Assembly (NCBI RefSeq): GCF_018398935.1
Contig: NZ_CP074694.1
Location: 1,470,001 to 1,502,000 of the forward strand
DNA from: Telmatocola sphagniphila
GTDB taxonomy: Bacteria; Planctomycetota; Planctomycetia; Gemmatales; Gemmataceae
DNA: 32,000 nucleotides
Direction of reading: 5' to 3'
Part shown: positions 8,875 to 16,394 of the stretch, piece after piece
How the letters are laid out: the number at the start of each line of letters is the position of its first letter
Position numbering within the stretch: the first letter of the stretch is position 1
Notes under the pieces: generated by a model
What the model was told of the DNA's origin: nothing
The model's database searches: none
The model's input: the letters and a program-made list of their open reading frames with translations, nothing else
Made by a program: the position numbers and the translations under genes

Positions 8875-9411
8875 CTACTGCTTCAAATATGCACTTTTCT
8901 CGATCTGATAGATCACGTGCGTGACCATTTTCCCTGCCATCTGACGGGTATCGCTGCGCTGGGTGAGAACGGCTCCAATCTTTTCGAGGGCCTTGCGGGA
9001 GCGAATATTATTCTCGCCCACCATGAAGAGCACGCGTTCGAAAAACGGGAAGGCATGCTGGAGCATCAACTTCTTCATTTCTCCGTTATAGCTACCTCCC
9101 CAATAAGCCCGTGCCAGAAAGCTCCAGCCAATTTCGATTTCCCGTTTGTCCAGATCCAATATCGCGTATCGGGAGGATCCGATGACTTCACCAGACTTTC
9201 GATCCAGGGCTACCAGCGCACCGCGGGATTTGATTGCGTCCTCGAAAAACTTGCGAAAAACCGGTTCCTGATAACGATCGAAAGCGGGATGAACCTCCCA
9301 GATCTTCGGATCCGAAGCCACAGCAAAGAGTTTGTCCCAATCTTCCGGTACCAGTGGTCTAAGTTCGATCAAATTGCCGATTAAGTGAGGTTGAAGCTCA
9401 AATTCTATCAC
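8875..9411 (-). CDS. GNAT family N-acetyltransferase (Acetyltransf_3-like)
   Basis: 178 aa; GTG start with AGGAG 8 nt upstream. It shows LIELRPLVPEDWDKLF...DPKIW, IGWSFLARAYWGGSYNGEMKKLMLQHAF, and NIRSRKALEKIGA, which is typical of RimJ/RimL-like GNATs. Confidence 0.75.
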   Translation of the reverse strand: MIEFELQPHLIGNLIELRPLVPEDWDKLFAVASDPKIWEVHPAFDRYQEPVFRKFFEDAIKSRGALVALDRKSGEVIGSSRYAILDLDKREIEIGWSFLARAYWGGSYNGEMKKLMLQHAFPFFERVLFMVGENNIRSRKALEKIGAVLTQRSDTRQMAGKMVTHVIYQIEKSAYLKQ

Positions 9412-9528
9412 GGATTTTCTCCTGGGGTGAATGCGGGAGGGAGCTTGGCTCTCGAAGAAAGGTTCGAACCACCTGCTCTAGTGAAGCTCAAGATAGCTGG
9501 ATTCCCGGGAAACTTCCCTAAAACCTAT

Positions 9529-9557
9529 TTGACAAATGCACCACTGTGGCTTCAATT
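9529..9557 (+). promoter_or_regulatory. Sigma70-like -35/-10 candidate upstream of the sugar cluster
   Basis: TTGACA (9529..9534), a 17-nt spacer, then TCAATT (9552..9557), about 120 nt upstream of the transporter ATG. The -10 matches only 3/6 and planctomycete promoter consensus is poorly defined, so this is speculative. Confidence 0.2.
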
Positions 9558-9676
9558 GGCCTTTCCGAGGAAGCCGAAAGATTACTCGTACGACAAAATT
9601 CAAGAAGTGCCGGGCTCACAAACACTCCTGGATGCTGTAACATAGCCGTTATTCATATAAACGAGATACTCTCCCT

Positions 9677-11047
9677 ATGATCTCTCCAGTCTTTTTTTGG
9701 TCGGTTATCTCAGCCCTCGCCGGATTCCTATTTGGATTTGATACGGTGGTTATCTCCGGTGCGGAAAAAACCATTCAAGAGATTTGGAAGCTGGATGACC
9801 AAACGCATGGATTCGCCATCGGTTCGGCTTTGTGGGGCACTGTTCTAGGATCCTTGATCGGAGGATTTCCCACCCAAAAGTTCGGACGCAAGCGAACTCT
9901 GCTCAGCATTGGTCTGTTTTATGTCGTTGGCTCGCTGGGCTCGGCCTTCGCGCAGGATGTGTACACATTCATGGCTGCTCGCTTTTTAGGGGGTGTCGCG
10001 ATCGGCATATCGACCGTGGCTTCCCCCCTGTATATTTCGGAGATTTCCCCTCAGGATCGCCGGGGTCGGTTAGCCGGAATGTTTCAGTTCAACATTGTTT
10101 TCGGAATTCTAATAGCTTATGCGTCCAATGCCGCCTTGAGTTCGATTGGTGAGAATGCTTGGCGCTGGAAATTGGGTGTGATGATCTTCCCGTCGATCCT
10201 CTACACCTTTTCCTGCTTCTTCATTCCCAAGAGCCCGCGCTGGCTGATTTCAAAAAAGCAGGATTTAGCCGGTGCGGAATCGATTCTCAAACTCATCTAC
10301 CCCGCCGATTCCCATGAAGAGCTCAAAAAGCGAATGGTCGAAATTTCACAGCAGTCAAAAGATCATCCGGTTACCGAAAATTTTTGGAACTGGAAGCTCC
10401 GAAAGCCGATTTTCCTAGCTTTTATGATCGCATTTTTCAATCAGATGTCTGGAATCAATGCGATTCTCTATTACGCGGATCGAATTTTTGACTGGTTGGA
10501 CTAGGATAAACACTATGCCCTCTACCTGCCGATCGGCATCGGCATCACGAATCTCGTTTTTACCTTCATCGGGTTAAGATTGATCGACAAATTAGGTCGA
10601 CGGACCTTGCTGTACATAGGCTCATTCGGCTACATTGCTTCTCTGGGAGTCTGCTCCCTGGCCTTTTTCTCCAAGGATTATGGCTGGAATCTACTGCCCC
10701 GGATTAGTGAATCGACCAGTTTCGAAGCGGTGTTGATACCAATTTCCATCTTCGCTTTCATTGCCGCCCATGCTGTCGGACAGGGAGCCGTAATCTGGGT
10801 GTTCATCTCGGAGATCTTCCCAAATCGATTTCGATCGCAGGGGCAATCTCTGGGTAGCTTTACCCACTGGATATTCGCGGCGATTCTGGCAAACTCATTC
10901 CCCAGCATGGCCCGTAACCTGCTTCCGGGCTACATCTTCCTGTTTTTTTGCGGCATGATGTGTCTGCAACTAATCTGGGTCTATTTTTTCGTGCCTGAGA
11001 CCAAAGGCCGCTCGCTGGAGCAGATTTCCGAGGAACTCGAAAAATGA
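9677..11047 (+). pseudogene. Sugar porter (MFS) transporter interrupted by one in-frame TAG at 10502..10504
   Basis: ORFs 9677..10504 and 10580..11047 are in the same frame, and the 25 codons between them are open. The joined product reads ...INAILYYADRIFDWLD*DKHYALYLPIGIGITNLVFTFIGLRLIDKLGRR.... Sugar-porter hallmarks are present: GFLFGFDTVVISGA, GRKRTLL, PLYISEISPQDRRGRL, PKSPRWL, VPETKGRSLEQI. The 10580 'start' is actually a TTG Leu codon inside a TM helix. Confidence 0.8.
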
Positions 11048-11943
11048 ATTCTATTCGGATAGTATCTGTCGGCGAAGTGTTGTGGGATCTCTTTCCCGGT
11101 GATGAATGCCTGGGCGGAGCCCCGGCGAACTTTGCAGTGCACTCCGCCCGGAATGGGGCGGCCGTGGTTTTTGTCAGTGCGGTGGGAGAGGATAGTCGTG
11201 GTACTCAAGCGAGAGAAATTTTATCCTCTTACTCAGTGGACATTTCATTCATTCAAATAAAAAGCGAATTTCCCACGGGGACTGTAGGAGTGCAGTTGGA
11301 TGCCCAGGGGAAACCCCATTTTCAGATTCACGAGAATTCTGCCTGGGATCATCTCGAGTGGTCCAATCAATTCGAAACTCTGATTGCAACGGCCGATGCA
11401 ATATACTTCGGAACTCTGGGACAGCGCGCAAGTCAATCAAAGAAAACTATTCGCAGAATGCTGGAACTCGCTCGCGTACGTGGCCTTAGGCGAATTCTGG
11501 ATATCAACCTTAGAGCCCCATTTTATACCAACGAAATGCTGCGGGACTCGCTCGAGTTAGCAACCGTTTTGAAGCTGAGCGATGAGGAATTGCCCAAATT
11601 GCTTTCGGCTCTTGGGTTCGAGTCCACCGCAGAACCTTCTGAAAGCCTTCGTTGGATCCGTGATAAATACGCTCTGGATTTGGTAGCCATGACGCGGGGA
11701 GCTGCGGGAGCGTTGCTCATTACCGAGAACGATTTAGTCGATCAACCGGGGGTCAAGGTCGTTGTGCAGGATACCGTGGGGGCCGGCGACGCATTTGCCG
11801 CGGCACTCACAGTCCATTATCTTCTCAAGAAATCCTTAACTGAGATTGCCCGCATCAGTTCCGATGTGGCCGCACAAACCTGCACATATAGCGGGGCTTT
11901 GCCGCCGCCGCTTTTAAATTCTTCGAGAATTCAACGAAATTGA
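11044..11943 (+). CDS. PfkB family carbohydrate kinase (fructokinase-like)
   Basis: 299 aa. The ATG overlaps the transporter stop (ATGA at 11044..11047) and GAGGA lies upstream. Motifs are VGEVLWDLFP...LGGAPANFA and DTVGAGDAFAAAL (the PfkB anion-hole/ATP motif). Confidence 0.85.
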   Translation: MNSIRIVSVGEVLWDLFPGDECLGGAPANFAVHSARNGAAVVFVSAVGEDSRGTQAREILSSYSVDISFIQIKSEFPTGTVGVQLDAQGKPHFQIHENSAWDHLEWSNQFETLIATADAIYFGTLGQRASQSKKTIRRMLELARVRGLRRILDINLRAPFYTNEMLRDSLELATVLKLSDEELPKLLSALGFESTAEPSESLRWIRDKYALDLVAMTRGAAGALLITENDLVDQPGVKVVVQDTVGAGDAFAAALTVHYLLKKSLTEIARISSDVAAQTCTYSGALPPPLLNSSRIQRN

Positions 11944-11954
11944 GTGTAACGATC

Positions 11955-14117
11955 ATGAAATACTTAACGCTTCTCACTTGGTTCCTGGCATTTTACTCAA
12001 TCGCATTTGCAAAGAATCGCGAAGAACCTGATTTGCTGATTGCCGATTTTGAAGGTGAAACTTATGGAGATTGGAAAACTACGGGAGAAGCTTTCGGCCC
12101 GGGTCCTGCGAAAGGTACTCTCCCCAACCAGATGCACGTTACAGGTTATAAAGGAAAAGGCCTGGTAAACTCCTACTTCCAGGGAGATGATTCAGTCGGC
12201 ACCCTCACTTCCCCATCCTTCAAACTCGAACGAAAGTTCATTAACTTTCTGATCGGCGGAGGCAAAAACCAGGAAAAACTGTCGATGAATCTGATCATCG
12301 AAAACAAAGTTGTTCGCAAATCGACGGGCTCGAACGATAAACCCGGCGGCAGCGAATTGCTGGAGGCCGATTCCTGGGATGTCGGCGAATTCCTGGGAAA
12401 GAATGCTGTGATTCAGATCGTCGATCATGCCCAGGGCGGCTGGGGGCATATTCTTGTCGACCATATCGTGCAGAGCAACAAAAAAGCGGCCCTATCGAAG
12501 CGGGATGTCCTCAGGGATTTTCAGATCGAGAAGAAATATCTCAACATACCGATCAAAAATGGCAGCCCTGCTAAAGTTTTGACACTTCTCGTCGATGGTC
12601 GTGAAGAAGTTCAGAATGGCATCGAACTTGCCGACGGTGAACCCGACTGGTGGGCCGTGATGGATGTGAGCAAGTATCACGGTAGAAAAATTACGCTGAA
12701 GGTCGATAAATTAACCGAGGATTCCAAGGCTCTTTCCTCTATCGTGCAGTCCGAGCACAAGCGCGATTCCGAGAATCTTTATCAGAAAAAAAATCGAGGA
12801 CAGTTTCACTTCTCTTCACAACGTGGCTGGTTGAACGATCCCAACGGTCTGGTTTACTTCAACGGCGAGTATCACCTTTTCTACCAGCACAATCCCTACG
12901 GTTGGAGCTGGGGAAATATGCACTGGGGACATGCCGTCAGCAATGATTTGCTGCACTGGAAAGAATTAGGGGATGCTCTGGCACCAGACCGATTTGGCCC
13001 GATGTTCAGTGGAAGTGCCGTTGTTGATTGGAAGAATACCAGTGGATTCGGTACTGAGGGAAAGCCGCCGATCGTGCTGATCTATACGGCGGCTGGTAAT
13101 CCAACGACTCAATGTATTGCATTCAGTACCGATGGTCGAACTTTCACCAAATATGATCGAAATCCGGTGTTACCCCAAATCACCGGAGGTAACCGCGATC
13201 CGAAGGTGTTCTGGTACGAACCGACGCAGAGATGGGTGATGGTTCTTTATGTGGAATTGCAAGGGAAGCATACCGTTCATTTTTTTAATTCTGCGAATCT
13301 CAAGGATTGGACTCTGGCGAGCATAATCGAAAGTCCAGCACCCAAAACCAATCTCCTTTTCGAATGTCCCGATTTTTTTGAGCTCCCGATTGACGGCGAT
13401 AAGAATCAACGCAAATGGATTCTGACGGCTGCGAATAGTGAATATCTGATCGGCCAATTTGACGGGAAAAAATTTACGCCCGAATCCGGTCGCTTGACCG
13501 GACAAAGGGGGCGCGGCTTTTACGCCGCTCAGACCTACAGTGATGTACCTAGCAAAGATGGTCGCAGAATACAGATCGGCTGGTTCCAAACCGTAACGCC
13601 TGGCGTGCCGTTCAATCAATCGATGACCATTCCCCTGGAATTGAAATTGACTTCAACTAGTGAAGGTCCACGGATGACCTGGAATCCTGTTCGTGAGATG
13701 GATTCACTTCGAGTACGATCGAAAAAACTTGCCCCGATCACTCTAAAAGAAGGTAGCGAGAATCCTTTGGCCGAATTTTCGGCCGAACTTGTAGAAATAC
13801 GACTGGAATTCGAGCCGGGAAAAGAGAGTGTTTTGAATTTGAATGTGCGGGGTGCCCAACTCTCTTACGATTCCAAAACGGAGATGCTCAGTGTAAACAA
13901 TGTCAAAGTCCATGCACCCATGCAATTGCGCAAACAGCAAATTGCTGTCTATTGCGACCGAACGGGACTTGAAGTCTTTGCAAGTAGCGGTTTGATCTAT
14001 GTCCCATTGCCGTTCCAGCCCAAAGCGGCGGATAAAAACTTGAGTCTCAAAGTCACATCAGGAGTTGTGCAAGCGAATTCACTGCAAGTTCATGAACTCT
14101 CTTCGATTTGGAAATAG
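11955..14117 (+). CDS. Glycoside hydrolase family 32 (beta-fructofuranosidase/levanase-like) with a roughly 260-aa N-terminal beta-sandwich extension
   Basis: I prefer the ATG at 11955 (MKYLTLLTWFLAFYSIAFA signal). The track start at 11940 is a TTG overlapping the kinase stop. The GH32 triad motifs are all present: WLNDPNG (Asp codon 12837..12839), RDPKVFW and FECPDFF. The N-terminal ADFEGETYGDWKTTGEAFGPGPA... and YLNIPIKNG...LLVDGREE... resemble lectin/DUF4980-like modules. Confidence 0.9.
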   Translation: MKYLTLLTWFLAFYSIAFAKNREEPDLLIADFEGETYGDWKTTGEAFGPGPAKGTLPNQMHVTGYKGKGLVNSYFQGDDSVGTLTSPSFKLERKFINFLIGGGKNQEKLSMNLIIENKVVRKSTGSNDKPGGSELLEADSWDVGEFLGKNAVIQIVDHAQGGWGHILVDHIVQSNKKAALSKRDVLRDFQIEKKYLNIPIKNGSPAKVLTLLVDGREEVQNGIELADGEPDWWAVMDVSKYHGRKITLKVDKLTEDSKALSSIVQSEHKRDSENLYQKKNRGQFHFSSQRGWLNDPNGLVYFNGEYHLFYQHNPYGWSWGNMHWGHAVSNDLLHWKELGDALAPDRFGPMFSGSAVVDWKNTSGFGTEGKPPIVLIYTAAGNPTTQCIAFSTDGRTFTKYDRNPVLPQITGGNRDPKVFWYEPTQRWVMVLYVELQGKHTVHFFNSANLKDWTLASIIESPAPKTNLLFECPDFFELPIDGDKNQRKWILTAANSEYLIGQFDGKKFTPESGRLTGQRGRGFYAAQTYSDVPSKDGRRIQIGWFQTVTPGVPFNQSMTIPLELKLTSTSEGPRMTWNPVREMDSLRVRSKKLAPITLKEGSENPLAEFSAELVEIRLEFEPGKESVLNLNVRGAQLSYDSKTEMLSVNNVKVHAPMQLRKQQIAVYCDRTGLEVFASSGLIYVPLPFQPKAADKNLSLKVTSGVVQANSLQVHELSSIWK

Positions 14118-14155
14118 AGTAGCACCTGGAACCCAATCTTTTCGGGATTTATCGC

Positions 14156-15340
14156 ATGGAACAAGTTGCTCAGCCGCGGCGGAGATTAGTATCAATCGAT
14201 GCCTATCGCGGCTTCGTGATGTTCCTGTTACTTGGGGAAATGTTCCGATTCGATACGCTGGCCAAAGCGTTTCCCGAGAACTCATTTTTCAAATTTCTTG
14301 CCCTCAATCAAAGCCACGTCGAATGGCTGGGATGTACTCTGCACGATTTGATTCAGCCCTCTTTTTCGTTTCTTGTAGGCGTGTCTTTGGCGTTCTCGCT
14401 GGCTGCCCGTTCCACGTTACAATCCCCTTTGCGAATCGCCCTCCATGCGTTCTGGCGGGCGTTCGTTCTCATCGCCTTGGGAATTTTCCTTCGATCCAAA
14501 AACGGGTTCCAAACGAATTACACCTTTGAGGACACTCTGACTCAGATAGGGCTGGGCTATGGCTTCCTTTATCTGTTGTCCAGAACCTCGATTCGGATCC
14601 AAGTTTTGGCATTGGTACTGATCCTCGTCGGCTACTGGAGTCTGTTCGCCACCTATCCACTCCCCGGTGAAAATTTTGACTGGTCAAAAACGGGAGTCAA
14701 GCCTGATTGGTCTCATAACCTGTCCGGATTCGAAGCTCACTGGAACAAAAACACCAATCCGGCCTGGGCGTTCGATGTTTGGTTCTTGAACCTCTTCCCG
14801 AGAGCTAAACCATTTCTTTATAATGGGGGCGGCTATGCGACACTCAGCTTCATTCCGACTCTCGCCACCATGCTTTTGGGCTTATTGGCGGGCCAGCTGA
14901 TTCGAATGGAAATGAGTGAATGGAAGAAAGTCGGCTGGTTGATTCTGGCGGCCATCGGCAGTTTAGCAATTGGCTGGGGCTTGGAAAAAGCGGGTGTCTG
15001 TCCCATTGTCAAAAGGATCTGGACATCCAGCTGGGTGTTATACTCAGGCGGCTGGTGTTTCTTATTTATGGCCGTCTTCCAGGCATTATGTGAAGCTGCC
15101 AGGTTTCATCGCTGGGCATTTCCTCTGGTTGAGATCGGTTCGAATGCGATTGCCGCCTACGTTATGGATGGGTTGATCGCCTCCTGGATCTCGGCGGCGT
15201 GGAGGAGGCATATGGGGACCGAAAACCTGCGAATTTTCGGTCTGGAGTACGAATCATTTTTCCTCGGGACGCTTTCCATCCTGACGCTGTGGCTGATCCT
15301 CTTCTGGATGTATCGAAGAAAGCTCTTTATCAAAATCTAA
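14156..15340 (+). CDS. DUF5009 / heparan-alpha-glucosaminide N-acetyltransferase-like membrane acyltransferase
   Basis: 394 aa and polytopic. The N-terminal signature is RRLVSIDAYRGFVMFLLL...HVEWLGCTLHDLIQPSFSFLVGVSLAFS (R-x-x-S-[IL]-D-x-x-RG ... H-x-x-W-x-G-x-x-x-x-D-L-x-x-P-x-F-x-F-x-V-G-V-S). It starts 38 nt after the GH32 stop on the same strand. Confidence 0.78.
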   Translation: MEQVAQPRRRLVSIDAYRGFVMFLLLGEMFRFDTLAKAFPENSFFKFLALNQSHVEWLGCTLHDLIQPSFSFLVGVSLAFSLAARSTLQSPLRIALHAFWRAFVLIALGIFLRSKNGFQTNYTFEDTLTQIGLGYGFLYLLSRTSIRIQVLALVLILVGYWSLFATYPLPGENFDWSKTGVKPDWSHNLSGFEAHWNKNTNPAWAFDVWFLNLFPRAKPFLYNGGGYATLSFIPTLATMLLGLLAGQLIRMEMSEWKKVGWLILAAIGSLAIGWGLEKAGVCPIVKRIWTSSWVLYSGGWCFLFMAVFQALCEAARFHRWAFPLVEIGSNAIAAYVMDGLIASWISAAWRRHMGTENLRIFGLEYESFFLGTLSILTLWLILFWMYRRKLFIKI

Positions 15341-15361
15341 ATTTACTTCATCGCCACAAAC

Positions 15362-16342
15362 TTACTTGGCTTTCGGCCAGATCAAATAGCCAGGGGTTTT
15401 GGTTCGGATGCTATACAGTGTTCCGCCTCCGGTGATGTAGAGCGTTTTGTGATCTTCCGAGCCAAATGCACAATTTGTGACTTCATCCTTGGGTACCGAA
15501 AGAAATTCCAGGAATTTACCCTGCTTATCGAAGACGTAGATTCCTCCTTTGACATTTGTGTCTGGTTCGAAAGGAGGATTGGGTTTATTCAATCCTCCAG
15601 CCACGTACAGTCGGCCCTCTTTATCCTGTTTTAATCCATCCGGCCCGCGCCCCTTTTTCCAATCGAAGATCAGTTTCCGACTACCCAGTTTGACCGAACC
15701 ATCCGATTTCAAATCGAAGCGGTAGAGTTTCCTAGCTCCATTCAAGGCATTATTGTCGTTGTCCGCGACATAGAGATATTTGTCGTCTGGAGTGATCAGG
15801 ATGCCATTGGGTCGTTCCAACTCCCGACCAAGAATTCGGGTCACTTTTCCATTCAAATCGATCCGGTAAACTCCTTCGACGATTTTCTTGTCGGCATCGA
15901 ACATCTCGAGTTTCGATCGATCCCCATAGCAAGGATCAGTGAAATAAATTCGCCCTTTGGAATCGAGAGTGATGTCATTGGGTTCGTTGTATCGGTGCGA
16001 TTCATAGGAATCGGTCAGCACCTTGATCGTGCCATCCCGCTCCGTGCGAGTGATTCGTCTTTGTTTTGGTTCGCAGGAAAGCAATCTCCCCTCCCGATCA
16101 AAGACCAACCCGTTAGCTCCGGCATCTTTTCGATAAACCGAAACTTTCCCGGTCGAGTCCATCCTGTTAATGGCCCCGTCATGACCGGTCATGAAAACCC
16201 CCAGGGCCGGATGCCATGCTGGTCCTTCGCCGCCGCCTTCGCATTCCACTTTGAGCTGGGAGTCTTTCTCAAAGACGAGGGATTGACAAAAGCCCTTCGG
16301 AGCAAAAACAGTGAGTAGAAAGCCAATGGTCCAATATCGCAT
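15362..16342 (-). CDS. SMP-30/gluconolactonase/LRE family protein (secreted beta-propeller)
   Basis: 326 aa with the signal MRYWTIGFLLTVFAPKGFCQS. Repeated propeller blocks are NEPNDITLDSKGRIYFTDP, ERPNGILITPDDKYLYVADN, GPDGLKQDKEGRLYVAG and ...TNCAFGSEDHKTLYIT. Confidence 0.85.
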   Translation of the reverse strand: MRYWTIGFLLTVFAPKGFCQSLVFEKDSQLKVECEGGGEGPAWHPALGVFMTGHDGAINRMDSTGKVSVYRKDAGANGLVFDREGRLLSCEPKQRRITRTERDGTIKVLTDSYESHRYNEPNDITLDSKGRIYFTDPCYGDRSKLEMFDADKKIVEGVYRIDLNGKVTRILGRELERPNGILITPDDKYLYVADNDNNALNGARKLYRFDLKSDGSVKLGSRKLIFDWKKGRGPDGLKQDKEGRLYVAGGLNKPNPPFEPDTNVKGGIYVFDKQGKFLEFLSVPKDEVTNCAFGSEDHKTLYITGGGTLYSIRTKTPGYLIWPKAK

Positions 16343-16394
16343 TTGGGGATCCTGTCGGAGAGTTAATGCTCGAATACTTCGGGAGTCCTAGAAG

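Noticed and set aside
8917-9384. 155-aa plus-strand ORF antisense to the GNAT gene
   Set aside because: It is a mirror ORF of the GNAT CDS. The GNAT frame has family motifs and a strong RBS; this frame has neither.
9461-9470. GGTTCGAACC, a T-loop-like palindrome upstream of the sugar cluster
   Set aside because: The flanks (AAAGG / CACCT) do not form a T-stem and there is no cloverleaf context. It is just a short palindrome.
10502-10504. Reading the in-frame TAG as pyrrolysine or another programmed recoding event
   Set aside because: Nothing in the window supports it: no pyl genes and no obvious downstream recoding structure. Pyrrolysine usage is not known for this lineage. A nonsense mutation or a base-call error is more parsimonious, so read-through is left only as something to test.
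10580-11047. Treating the 155-aa ORF as an independent gene
   Set aside because: Its 'start' is a TTG inside a transmembrane segment. The 25 codons upstream, back to the TAG, are open and continue the sugar-porter sequence in the same frame. It is the C-terminal half of the transporter.
14065-14529. 154-aa plus-strand ORF bridging the GH32 end and the acyltransferase start
   Set aside because: It is out of frame with both supported genes and has no motif.
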